From: Abditibacteriaceae bacterium
Lineage (GTDB): Bacteria; Armatimonadota; Abditibacteriia; Abditibacteriales; Abditibacteriaceae
Length of the DNA: 33,140 bases
Assembly (NCBI GenBank): GCA_031425655.1
Contig: JANPJS010000253.1
Location: forward strand, 1-33,140
Reading direction: 5' to 3'
Part shown: positions 25,375 through 33,140 of the stretch, piece by piece
How the letters are laid out: the number at the start of each line of letters is the position of its first letter
Position numbering within the stretch: the stretch's first letter is position 1
The notes under the pieces: generated by a model
The model's database searches: none
The model's input: the letters and a program-made list of their open reading frames with translations, nothing else
What the model was told of the DNA's origin: nothing
Position numbers and translations under genes: made by a program

Positions 25375-25629
25375 CTATTGGACAATCAACACGCCTTTGT
25401 CGTAAACGTCCCTGACGCCGCGCAGGGCACGAATGTGCTGCTTAAGCGATTCCATCTCTTTTTTGAAGTTTATGTCGCCGCGATAACCGCGTGGAGCGCG
25501 CACTTTCCCGGTCAACTCGATGTAGCCATCCACGCAGTGAACTTGCAATTCTCCGACATCTAAAACGGTGCGGGCAAACGAGGTGCGCGCTAATTTGGCC
25601 AGCGCGCGGTCTTCTGATTTGGTGTTCAT
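25375..25629 (-). CDS. Small BON-domain-like protein
   Basis: LQVHCVDGYIELTGKV...IRALRGVRDV; ATGA overlap with the upstream gene. Confidence 0.7.
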   Translation of the reverse strand: MNTKSEDRALAKLARTSFARTVLDVGELQVHCVDGYIELTGKVRAPRGYRGDINFKKEMESLKQHIRALRGVRDVYDKGVLIVQ

Positions 25630-26264
25630 GGTTTCCCCTTTTGAGAATTCTCTGGCAGCGCCTCAGCAGTGTTTTTCGGCCTGACAATGATCGTGGCCTG
25701 ATAGTCGCCCGGCTCATGGCCTTTAACATAAACCGTGGCCCGCAGTTTATGTTCGCCTCGGCGTAGCGCTTTAAACTGCACGTTGATTTGCCCGTCGCGC
25801 GGCAACTGCCCCAGAGCAAAATATTCTCCTTTTCCAAGCGTTGAGGGCCTTTGCAATTTGGGCTGCGAACCGGTTATTTGAAAATCGTGCAGGAACTTTT
25901 TATCAAAACGCAGTGTAACGTCTTTAAAAGCCGTAATACTTTTGGCGTCAATTGTGTCCGGCACCAGCGCCAGTGAAAGTGTGCTGCCAAGCTCAATGCG
26001 GCGCTGAACTTGCCCGTAGAGGGCAATTTTGCCCTGTGAAATGCGGCGCGCATCAAGTAGCATCAGCGAAGCCACGGCGGTGGCGACCGCGCCTCCAACG
26101 ATGGTCGCCCACAAAATCGGCCCGACAGGCCGCCTCCAAGCCGCCCAGGGCAATTTGCGCGGCCCGGTTTCGGCCAAAAGCGCGCCGCAGCCGGCGCAAT
26201 GCGGATAAGTGATGAATTTTTCTAAATTGACGACGGCGCAATTGGGGCAGCGGATTTTTCTCAT
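25626..26264 (-). CDS. Hypothetical zinc-ribbon + single-TM + beta-rich protein
   Basis: CPNC...CAGC, TM segment ILWATIVGGAVATAVASLMLL; start uncertain (26264 or 26351). Confidence 0.65.
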   Translation of the reverse strand: MRKIRCPNCAVVNLEKFITYPHCAGCGALLAETGPRKLPWAAWRRPVGPILWATIVGGAVATAVASLMLLDARRISQGKIALYGQVQRRIELGSTLSLALVPDTIDAKSITAFKDVTLRFDKKFLHDFQITGSQPKLQRPSTLGKGEYFALGQLPRDGQINVQFKALRRGEHKLRATVYVKGHEPGDYQATIIVRPKNTAEALPENSQKGKP

Positions 26265-26331
26265 GGGGCGCGTCAAAGCATAAGCGGACGCCAAGTCGGA
26301 AACCGGCGGCGCTTCACCCAATCGAGCGGTT

Positions 26332-27033
26332 TTACGCGATTTCAGTTTCATCTTTCAACGCGGCCTCAATCACTTCACGCATGGCATGGACGTTCTGCGC
26401 CGGCGATGCGGCTCCACCAAAGATGTTCGAGCCGCACACCAGAACATCGGCTCCGGCGCGCACGGCAAAAGGCGCAGTTTGCGGGGACATTCCGCCGTCT
26501 ACCTGAATCAGAAAATTTAGCTCGCGTTCGACGCGCCTGTGATGCAATTGCGCGATCTTATCCGCCGCCAAAGGCAGATATTTCTGGCCCGAAAACCCCG
26601 GATTCACGCTCATCACCAAAACAAAATCCAAGTCGGGCAGCAGCGTATCGAGAACATTGACCGGCGTGGCCGGATTCAGCACGGCCCCGGCTAACACGCC
26701 CCCGTCCTTAATTTGCGCGATCAGGCGATGCAAATGCGGCTGCTCTTCGACGTGAACACTGATGCTGTCGGCGCCCGCCTTGAGGAAATCTTCGATAAAG
26801 TCGCCGGGGTTTTGCAGCATGAGATGCGCGTCGAAATGCAGTTTCGAGTGCGGACGCAAAGCCGCCAAAAACATCGGGCCGAGCGTGAGATTAGGCACAA
26901 AATGGCCGTCCATCGCGTCCCAGTGCAGCCATTCGACGCCGGCTTCGGCCAACTCGCGCACCGTATCGAGCGGGCGCGACCAATCGGAGGCGATCATCGA
27001 AGGCGCGAGCTTTACCGAACGCGCGGCGCTCAC
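26332..27033 (-). CDS. rpe: Ribulose-phosphate 3-epimerase
   Basis: LAPSM, HWDAMDGHFVPNLTLG, DAHLM, LVMSVNPGFSGQ, QVDGG. Confidence 0.97.
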   Translation of the reverse strand: MSAARSVKLAPSMIASDWSRPLDTVRELAEAGVEWLHWDAMDGHFVPNLTLGPMFLAALRPHSKLHFDAHLMLQNPGDFIEDFLKAGADSISVHVEEQPHLHRLIAQIKDGGVLAGAVLNPATPVNVLDTLLPDLDFVLVMSVNPGFSGQKYLPLAADKIAQLHHRRVERELNFLIQVDGGMSPQTAPFAVRAGADVLVCGSNIFGGAASPAQNVHAMREVIEAALKDETEIA

Positions 27034-27353
27034 GAAATCTCCTCGCGCGCGGCAAGAGCTTGCTCGTTAGTGCGCGGCGGCTCCGGCGGATTTGGCGGAA
27101 TCAGCGCTGTCGGAATCGGCATCGGACGCAGCGCGCCGGGCGTTGGCACACCAGACGGCGAAGGCTCGCCTTTGCTGCTTTCGCGCTCTGCCCACTGCTC
27201 AACGGCGCCCGCCAGACGGTCAAGGCCCGCAGCGGCACGGCTCAGGCAAAAAAGCGCGTAAACCCCGCCGAGCAGCAGCGCCATCACCATGATTAATTGA
27301 ACCATGAGCCAAAGGCCCAGCATCCCGGTTATAGTTTGCGAAGCGTCGTTCAT
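27030..27353 (-). CDS. Small membrane-anchored hypothetical protein
   Basis: N-terminal TM, Pro-rich tail; GTGA overlap with rpe. Confidence 0.7.
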   Translation of the reverse strand: MNDASQTITGMLGLWLMVQLIMVMALLLGGVYALFCLSRAAAGLDRLAGAVEQWAERESSKGEPSPSGVPTPGALRPMPIPTALIPPNPPEPPRTNEQALAAREEIS

Positions 27354-27375
27354 AATGATTCGGATAAATAGTGAG

Positions 27376-27488
27376 AAAAAGTGAAAAGTGAAAAGTAAAA
27401 AGTGAAAAGTAAAAAGTGAAAAGTGAAAAGCAAAAAGTAGTGCGCTGGAAGCCGTTACTTTTCACTTTTTACTCATTACTCTTCACTT
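27376..27488. repeat. Heptamer (RAAAAGT)x9 with inverted copies
   Basis: Nine units at 27376-27438; ACTTTTC/ACTTTTT/ACTCATT/ACTCTTC/ACTT at 27457-27488, overlapping the PfkB gene's stop. Confidence 0.9.
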
Positions 27489-28414
27489 GTGTTCATAAAT
27501 TCCAGCGTTTCGTGCAATGGGCGAATGCCCGCGACGGTGCCGACCTGCCTCACGCACGAAGCGCCGACGGCGTTGGCCAGAAGTCCGGTTTGTTCCAGAT
27601 CGAAATCGTTGACGACTCCGGCTAAAAAGCCCGCCGCGAAGGCATCGCCGGCGCCCGTAGCGTCTACCGACTTGACTTTATAAGCCGGCAGGCGCCATTC
27701 GTCGTCGCCGGAGCGAATATAACAGCCTTGCTCGCCCATTTTCAGAGCGACTACGCCGACGCCCTCGTCTTGAAACGCGCGGGCGACTTCTTCGGGCGTC
27801 GTTGCTCCCGGCACACATTGGCGCGCTTCGTGAAAACTCGGCACGAAATAATCAATGTAGGGCAGGGCCGGGCGCAGCGTTTCCATCCAGCGGCCCGATG
27901 CGTCCCAAACGGTGTCGAGCGAGGTTTTCAGGCCCATTTCGCGCGCTTTTTTCAAGACTTGCGCGGCGGGCGAGCCATCGAACTTCGGCATCACGAAATG
28001 CCCGGCGACGTGCATCAATTTCGCGCCGCGCAGCAAGTCCCAGTTGATGTCCTCGGCACTGAATTCGGCGTTGGCACCCAAGTAATGAATAAACGAACGC
28101 TCGCCGTCGCCGGCAATCATTACCATCGTCGCCGAAGTTTTGGCGCTTTCATCGGTGGTCAGGCCCGTAATGTCGAGTCCGTGAGATTGCAAAATACCGC
28201 GCACCATGTCGCCAAAGCCGTCGCGCCCGACTTTGCCGATAATCGCTGTCGGCACACCGAGCTTTTGCAGTCCGATGCTGGTATTGGCCGCGCAGCCGCC
28301 TATCGAAGGCCACATTTCGCGGCAAAGGGACAGCTCGCCGCGCTGCGGATAAGCGTCCACAGGCCGCGCGATGACATCGGCAACAATAATTCCAATGCAA
28401 ACCACATCAGGCAT
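27476..28414 (-). CDS. PfkB family carbohydrate kinase
   Basis: GGCAANT..LQKLG..IGKVGRDGFG, DATGAGDAFAAG. Confidence 0.95.
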   Translation of the reverse strand: MPDVVCIGIIVADVIARPVDAYPQRGELSLCREMWPSIGGCAANTSIGLQKLGVPTAIIGKVGRDGFGDMVRGILQSHGLDITGLTTDESAKTSATMVMIAGDGERSFIHYLGANAEFSAEDINWDLLRGAKLMHVAGHFVMPKFDGSPAAQVLKKAREMGLKTSLDTVWDASGRWMETLRPALPYIDYFVPSFHEARQCVPGATTPEEVARAFQDEGVGVVALKMGEQGCYIRSGDDEWRLPAYKVKSVDATGAGDAFAAGFLAGVVNDFDLEQTGLLANAVGASCVRQVGTVAGIRPLHETLEFMNTSEE

Positions 28415-28436
28415 TAATTTCCTCGTCAGACAGCCA

Positions 28437-30116
28437 CTAAAATCGTTCGCTCGCTTCGATGCCGAGCATTTTCAGGGCATTAGTAATCGCGGCTTGCGCG
28501 CCGCGCAACAAATCAAGACGCTGTTGTGACGCCGAAGCGGGCCGCGAGGCGCTCAAAACACGCCGCACCGCGCCCGCGAAATCCACTGTCCAGCGCGCCA
28601 CCAGTTGCGGTTCGCGGCGCAATGCGGCGTTTTCCGCCGTGTCGGGCCACAAAGCGACTAAACGCGCCAATTCGGTTTCCTCGGCATTCAAAACGCCTTC
28701 GGCAAGTGGCGCGGCCCCGCATTCGCCGATCATGGTGACCAAGCGAGAAGGCGCCAGACGCGCCGCGTAAGCCGGATTGCGCTCGTCGTCGCGCGCGGCG
28801 ACTTCGAGATCAATTTCGCAAACTTCGTCCCACGACGCCAAAAGAAAATGCAATCGCAGCGTGTCAGCGTCTACTTCGTCGAGCGCGTCTTCGAGCAAAA
28901 GCGGCTCGCCGCCGGCGCTTTTCACGGCTTCGCCGTCTTCGAGCAGTCGCGCGCCTTCGCAAATCAGCGTTTCCAGACGCGCCCCATCGCAGCCAATGGC
29001 CAAAAGCGCCGCCCGCGTGCGCGCCACGTAAGGCCGATGCTCCGCCGTCCAGATGTCAAGAATCAGGTCGAAGCCGCGCTCAAATTTCCATGCGTGATAA
29101 GCGATGTCCGAAGCCAAATACGTCGGCTGATTGTTGCTGCGCACCAATGGACGGTCGCTTTCGTCGCCGAATTGGGTGGTGCGAAGCCATAAAGCACCAT
29201 CGCGCTCGAAGGTGTGACCAAGTGCGCGCAGCTTTTCCACGACGGCGTTAATGCGGCCTTCGGCGCGCAAAGTGTTTTCTGAAGTCCACAAATCGAAGCG
29301 CACGCCGAACGTTTGCAATGCGGTTTTTTGCACGTCAACAGCGGCCATCGCGGCGCGGCGCGCGAAAAACAGATTCCGCTCGCTTTCGGGTTCGAGCAAA
29401 TGCGAATTACCGTCGCGCGCGGCGATTTCCTGCGCCACACGACGCACAAACGCATCTTGCAAAATGCCTTCGGGCGCTTCGCCGTGACGCCCAAACGAGG
29501 CCTCGTAAAACGCGCCGACGCTTTCGCCGAGCAGGCGCATTTTCGACGATGACGGCACGTCGTTCACGAAATACTCGCGCGTGACTCCAGCGCCCTGCGC
29601 TTCCAATAAACGACACAGCGCCTCGCCCGAAGCCGCGATGCGCGCCGCCGAAAGCGTTAAAGGCCCGGTCGGGTCGCTCGATACGAATTCCACATTGGCG
29701 CGACGGCCCGCTAAAGTGCTGCCGGCGCCGAAACGCTCGCCTTCGCGCGTCGCGCGCGTGAGTTGTTCCATCACAAATGCCTCATCCATGCGAAAATTCA
29801 AAAATCCGTTTGCGGTTTCAACGACACCCGGCCACAGTTTCATCGCTTGCAGCCGGATTCGCAAAACTTCGGCGATTTGGCCGGCGCTGCTTTCGGTCAG
29901 AGCGCCCAAAGCCAGCGCCGCCGTGCAAGAAAACTCGCCGTTTTCGCGGCGCGCCAACCGCATTTCAAACGCCAAATCGTGTGCGTTACAACCTTCCGGC
30001 AATTCGATTTCGCCGGACTTACAAGCGCTTAAAATCGCAGCGCGCACGGCTTCGCGCAGCGATTGGCGCGTTACAAAGCCTTGAGAATCCACTGCGCCGC
30101 CCAGCTTTGCAGCCAT
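28437..30116 (-). CDS. Arginine--tRNA ligase-like protein with degenerate HIGH/KMSK motifs
   Basis: ArgRS architecture throughout (GFLNF, EFVSSDPTGPL, REYFVND, LWLRTTQFGDESDR, TYLASDIAYH, LGI..SERF), but HIGH reads TLSA and KMSK is absent. Confidence 0.85.
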   Translation of the reverse strand: MAAKLGGAVDSQGFVTRQSLREAVRAAILSACKSGEIELPEGCNAHDLAFEMRLARRENGEFSCTAALALGALTESSAGQIAEVLRIRLQAMKLWPGVVETANGFLNFRMDEAFVMEQLTRATREGERFGAGSTLAGRRANVEFVSSDPTGPLTLSAARIAASGEALCRLLEAQGAGVTREYFVNDVPSSSKMRLLGESVGAFYEASFGRHGEAPEGILQDAFVRRVAQEIAARDGNSHLLEPESERNLFFARRAAMAAVDVQKTALQTFGVRFDLWTSENTLRAEGRINAVVEKLRALGHTFERDGALWLRTTQFGDESDRPLVRSNNQPTYLASDIAYHAWKFERGFDLILDIWTAEHRPYVARTRAALLAIGCDGARLETLICEGARLLEDGEAVKSAGGEPLLLEDALDEVDADTLRLHFLLASWDEVCEIDLEVAARDDERNPAYAARLAPSRLVTMIGECGAAPLAEGVLNAEETELARLVALWPDTAENAALRREPQLVARWTVDFAGAVRRVLSASRPASASQQRLDLLRGAQAAITNALKMLGIEASERF

Positions 30117-31441
30117 GTCATCAGCACACTCACGAGCATGATGCCGAGTGCCGAATAAATCATGCCCGACCGCAGCAGGCTGGCCCCAAACGGCGGCATG
30201 ACGTGCGGCTGATCTTGATATTTTTCCAGCAACGCGCGTCCGGCATCAATGCCGCTTTGCAGTTGGCGCGGCGTTGCCGGTTTGGTCGTGAAAACCAGTT
30301 GTAACATCTCGCCGAAGTTACGCCACGTCAGATAAATAAAGAAGAGCGCAAACAAAATTGTGCCGCCGTCGAAGCTGGGCAAGTGCTGAAAAATAATGGT
30401 AATCAGACCGCTTAGCGCCAGCAAATTGGTGCCGCAGCGCGGATGAGCGCGCGGCATTTTCGCTACGACTTCGGGCACAAGAGGCAAGCCTCGTTCGATA
30501 GCCCACACCGTTTGGTGTTCGGCGGCGTGGACGCCCGAAATCGGCAAACATCGCATTGCCGACACAAACACCAGCGAATGCACGAGGGCGATCACTAAAT
30601 TGAGCAGGCTGCCTTCGCTGGAAAAAGCGCCCAGCCGCCCTGAAGAAAATAACGCCGCCCATTCGGGGTTGATGAAGGCCAGCGGAATCAGCAGCGCAAA
30701 ATACGCGAAGATCATGCACAGGCCCAGCGTTGCGCCGGACAGAAACAAGCCCAGCGGCGGCGCTCCGGCGCTGAGAACGCCGGTTGTCAGCCACACGCCC
30801 AGCGGCGTGGCCATGCCGCCCACGACCGGCGGTCGCACGTTGCGTCCCAGTGCCGAAATGGCATCGGCGCGCGAAATCATGCCGCGAAAACCGCCGTCCG
30901 GCTCGATAACGGGCAACGCCGCGCAATCGTAGCGGTCGAGCGTAATCAGCGCATTGTGCAGAGAAAACAACGCCGGCACGATGCCGAAATCGCTGCGCAT
31001 CACGTCGCGCGCCGTGAGTTGCGTGATGTCGGCCAAAGGCGGCAAAAGCGGCGCGTCTTCGCTTTGTGTGAAAGGCCCGAATTCGCCGCCCCCGTTTTGC
31101 TCATGTCCGTTGCGCGACAAAGCGGAAAACGCATCGTTTTCCACCGTGCCGACTGCAACCGGCACAGCCCGGCGCGCGATTTCCTGCGCGGCAAGGACGG
31201 GAAGCACCGCATTGGCGAGATCGCGCTCGTCAATTACGCCGATCACGCGCGCCTGACGCGCCATGCGCTGCCAGTTGGCGCCGCCGGGATCGGCTTCGTC
31301 GCCGCCCGCCACAAGACGATCCACCACGGGAATCGCCCCGCAGCCCGACGCGCGCAAATTTTCGGCGACCAGACCAATCGGATCATCCGCGAGGGCCACC
31401 GGCGTAATGCGGGCGACTTGTCCGGCACGAGAAAAAGGCAT
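30071..31441 (-). CDS. CBS-pair + DUF1385 membrane protein
   Basis: CBS motifs AIPVVD..VIGVIDERDL and LPVIE..FRGMISRAD; DUF1385 motifs VGGMA..GV, HAAEH, HPRCGT, LQ..TTKP. Confidence 0.85.
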   Translation of the reverse strand: MPFSRAGQVARITPVALADDPIGLVAENLRASGCGAIPVVDRLVAGGDEADPGGANWQRMARQARVIGVIDERDLANAVLPVLAAQEIARRAVPVAVGTVENDAFSALSRNGHEQNGGGEFGPFTQSEDAPLLPPLADITQLTARDVMRSDFGIVPALFSLHNALITLDRYDCAALPVIEPDGGFRGMISRADAISALGRNVRPPVVGGMATPLGVWLTTGVLSAGAPPLGLFLSGATLGLCMIFAYFALLIPLAFINPEWAALFSSGRLGAFSSEGSLLNLVIALVHSLVFVSAMRCLPISGVHAAEHQTVWAIERGLPLVPEVVAKMPRAHPRCGTNLLALSGLITIIFQHLPSFDGGTILFALFFIYLTWRNFGEMLQLVFTTKPATPRQLQSGIDAGRALLEKYQDQPHVMPPFGASLLRSGMIYSALGIMLVSVLMTWLQSWAAQWILKAL

Positions 31442-31446
31442 GAGAG

Positions 31447-31500
31447 AAGTGCGGGGTGTGGAGTGCGGAATTCGCCATCTGCAATTCACAATCCGCAATT
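31447..31500. repeat. Degenerate heptamer tandem-inverted hairpin
   Basis: AAGTGCGGGGTGTGGAGTGCGGA (31447-31469) vs TCTGCAATTCACAATCCGCAATT (31478-31500), 17/23 complementary. Confidence 0.65.
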
Positions 31501-31513
31501 AGGAAAGCCGTCT

Positions 31514-31547
31514 AAAAATCAAAAGCGCGCCGCGAATGGCGCGCTTT
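31514..31547 (-). terminator. Intrinsic terminator after serS
   Basis: Minus strand AAAGCGCGCC-ATTCGC-GGCGCGCTTT followed by TGATTTTT. Confidence 0.8.
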
Positions 31548-31588
31548 AATTAAGCAAAGCGACGAATTAGATTATACCAAGCTGCTTT

Positions 31589-32881
31589 TCATGCGATAAC
31601 GCTTAGACCGCCCATATAAGGCCGCAAAGCGGGCGGAATCGTGACCGTGCCGTCGTGATTTTGGAAATTTTCTAAAATCGCCGCCATTGTGCGCCCGACG
31701 GCCAAGCCCGAACCGTTCAGCGTATGCACGAATTCGGGTTTGCCTGCCTTTCCGGTTTCATCCAGCGGGCGATAGCGAATGCTGCTGCGCCGCGCTTTAA
31801 ACGCCTCGAAATTGGTGCAGCTTGAGATTTCCCGATAAGTGTTTTGGCTGGGGAACCACACTTCCATGTCGTAGGCTTTGGCGCCTTTGAAACCCAAGTC
31901 GCCGCTGCACAATTCAACGGTGCGATACGGCAAATCGAGCAATTCCAGAATCGCTTCGGCGTGACGGCGCAATTGTTCCAAAGCCTCATACGACTGCTCC
32001 GGGCAGGTAAACCACACTAACTCGACTTTATTGAATTGATGCACGCGAATAATGCCGCGCGTGTCGCGTCCGGCGGCGCCGGCTTCACGGCGGAAGCACG
32101 CCGTATAAGCCGCATACTTCACCGGAAGCAGCTCGGCGCCAAGAATCTCGTCGCGGTGCAGGTTGGTGACGGGCACTTCGGCGGTCGGCACAAGCCACAA
32201 ATCGTCGGCGGGCAAATGATACGAATCTTCGCCGAATTTCGGCAAATTTCCGGTGCCGATCATGCTTTCCGAGCGCACCAAAAACGGCGGAAAAACTTCC
32301 TCGTAGCCGTGCCGCGCCGTGTGAACATCCAACATCAGCGCGATTAAAGCGCGTTCCAAGCGCGCACCGGCGCCGCGCAAAACGTAAAAGCGCGAGCCGC
32401 TGATTTTCGCGCCGCGCTCGAAATCAATGATGCCCAACTTTTCGCCGATGTCGTAATGCGCTTGCGCCTCGAAATCGAACTGCGGAATCTCGCCCCACTT
32501 CGCCACTTCGACGTTTTCATGCTCGTCGGCGCCGATTGGCGCCGATTCGTGATGGATATTCGGCACTTCGAGCAGTCGCGCATCTAACGCGGCTTCGATT
32601 TCGCGGCTTTGCGCGTCGAGTTGCGTGATGGTTTCGCCCAAAGTGCGCGAATCGTCCATCAAATCGTCGGCGTTTTCGCCGCCTTTTTTGGCTTTTGCCA
32701 CCTGGGCCGAGATTTCGTTGCGCCGCCGTTTATGCTCTTCGACTTCGAAAAGCAGACTGCGCCGCTGTTCGTCGAGCGCCAAAACTTCGTCTACCAGTTG
32801 CGCGGCATTTTCGATTTGCTTGTGCGCGAGGCGTTCTTTGACCAAATCGGCGTTGTTGCGAATGAATTTCAGTTCGAGCAT
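31589..32881 (-). CDS. serS: Serine--tRNA ligase
   Basis: [63 protein letters not shown]. Confidence 0.98.
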   Translation of the reverse strand: MLELKFIRNNADLVKERLAHKQIENAAQLVDEVLALDEQRRSLLFEVEEHKRRRNEISAQVAKAKKGGENADDLMDDSRTLGETITQLDAQSREIEAALDARLLEVPNIHHESAPIGADEHENVEVAKWGEIPQFDFEAQAHYDIGEKLGIIDFERGAKISGSRFYVLRGAGARLERALIALMLDVHTARHGYEEVFPPFLVRSESMIGTGNLPKFGEDSYHLPADDLWLVPTAEVPVTNLHRDEILGAELLPVKYAAYTACFRREAGAAGRDTRGIIRVHQFNKVELVWFTCPEQSYEALEQLRRHAEAILELLDLPYRTVELCSGDLGFKGAKAYDMEVWFPSQNTYREISSCTNFEAFKARRSSIRYRPLDETGKAGKPEFVHTLNGSGLAVGRTMAAILENFQNHDGTVTIPPALRPYMGGLSVIA

Positions 32882-32888
32882 CGAAGAG

Positions 32889-32897
32889 ATTTTAGCA
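32889..32897 (-). promoter_or_regulatory. Extended -10 promoter; serS probably leaderless
   Basis: Minus strand TGCTAAAAT-CTCTTCG-ATG; no SD. Confidence 0.55.
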
Positions 32898-33037
32898 AAG
32901 ATTCTCGTTCCCGAATTTGAGAAGTGCGTGAAGAAGATTAATTTTCGGAGTTAGTTTGCGCAGATTCTGCTTTTGATGGCATGGAAGCGCGAGGCTTAAA
33001 AACCTGTAAATAACATGAGTTGTTACCTGTGGCGGAA

Positions 33038-33140
33038 CCCTCCCCTAACCTCCTGCCCAGAGGGCGCCCGCGTTGGAGGGGAATACGCTTTCTCAGACCA
33101 ATTTTGAACTCAAACCGCGTAAATTCCCCTCCAACGCGGG
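33038..33140. repeat. REP-like inverted repeat element, truncated by window end
   Basis: CCCTCCCCTAACCTCC lead-in; perfect 18-bp IR CCCGCGTTGGAGGGGAAT (33067-33084) / ATTCCCCTCCAACGCGGG (33123-33140). Confidence 0.8.

Noticed and set aside
32882..33140. T-box riboswitch upstream of serS
   Set aside because: No GGTGGNACCGCG T-box motif on the minus strand, and a -10 element abuts the ATG.

Overview
GC-rich bacterial chromosome segment. The DUF1559 prepilin-like signature [25 protein letters not shown] suggests Abditibacteriota/Armatimonadota (inference). Housekeeping genes: obgE-proB, parA-parB-nrdR-pyrK-pyrD with four parS sites, efp, rpe, serS. Accessory genes: planctomycete-type cytochrome c/DUF1549/DUF1553 protein, trypsin-like protease plus YbjN-like partner, Uma2 nuclease, JAB-like module, four-helix-bundle gene, DUF1559, LamG protein, oxidoreductases, BON proteins. 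Main points of interest: (1) an intact, full-length ArgRS-like ORF that has lost both class I motifs (HIGH, KMSK), in an operon with a CBS-DUF1385 fusion; (2) seven 7/8-mer tandem-repeat hairpins between co-directional genes, one enclosing a four-helix-bundle gene in a G.U-rich stem; (3) a parS site at the apex of a 66-bp palindrome within an apparent low-GC zone; (4) an antitoxin-like/JAB-like/small-protein module; (5) a frameshifted GIY-YIG gene missing from the ORF track, plus nested REP/MITE-like elements. No rRNA, tRNA or CRISPR array was seen. All family calls come from motif recognition by eye; no searches were run.
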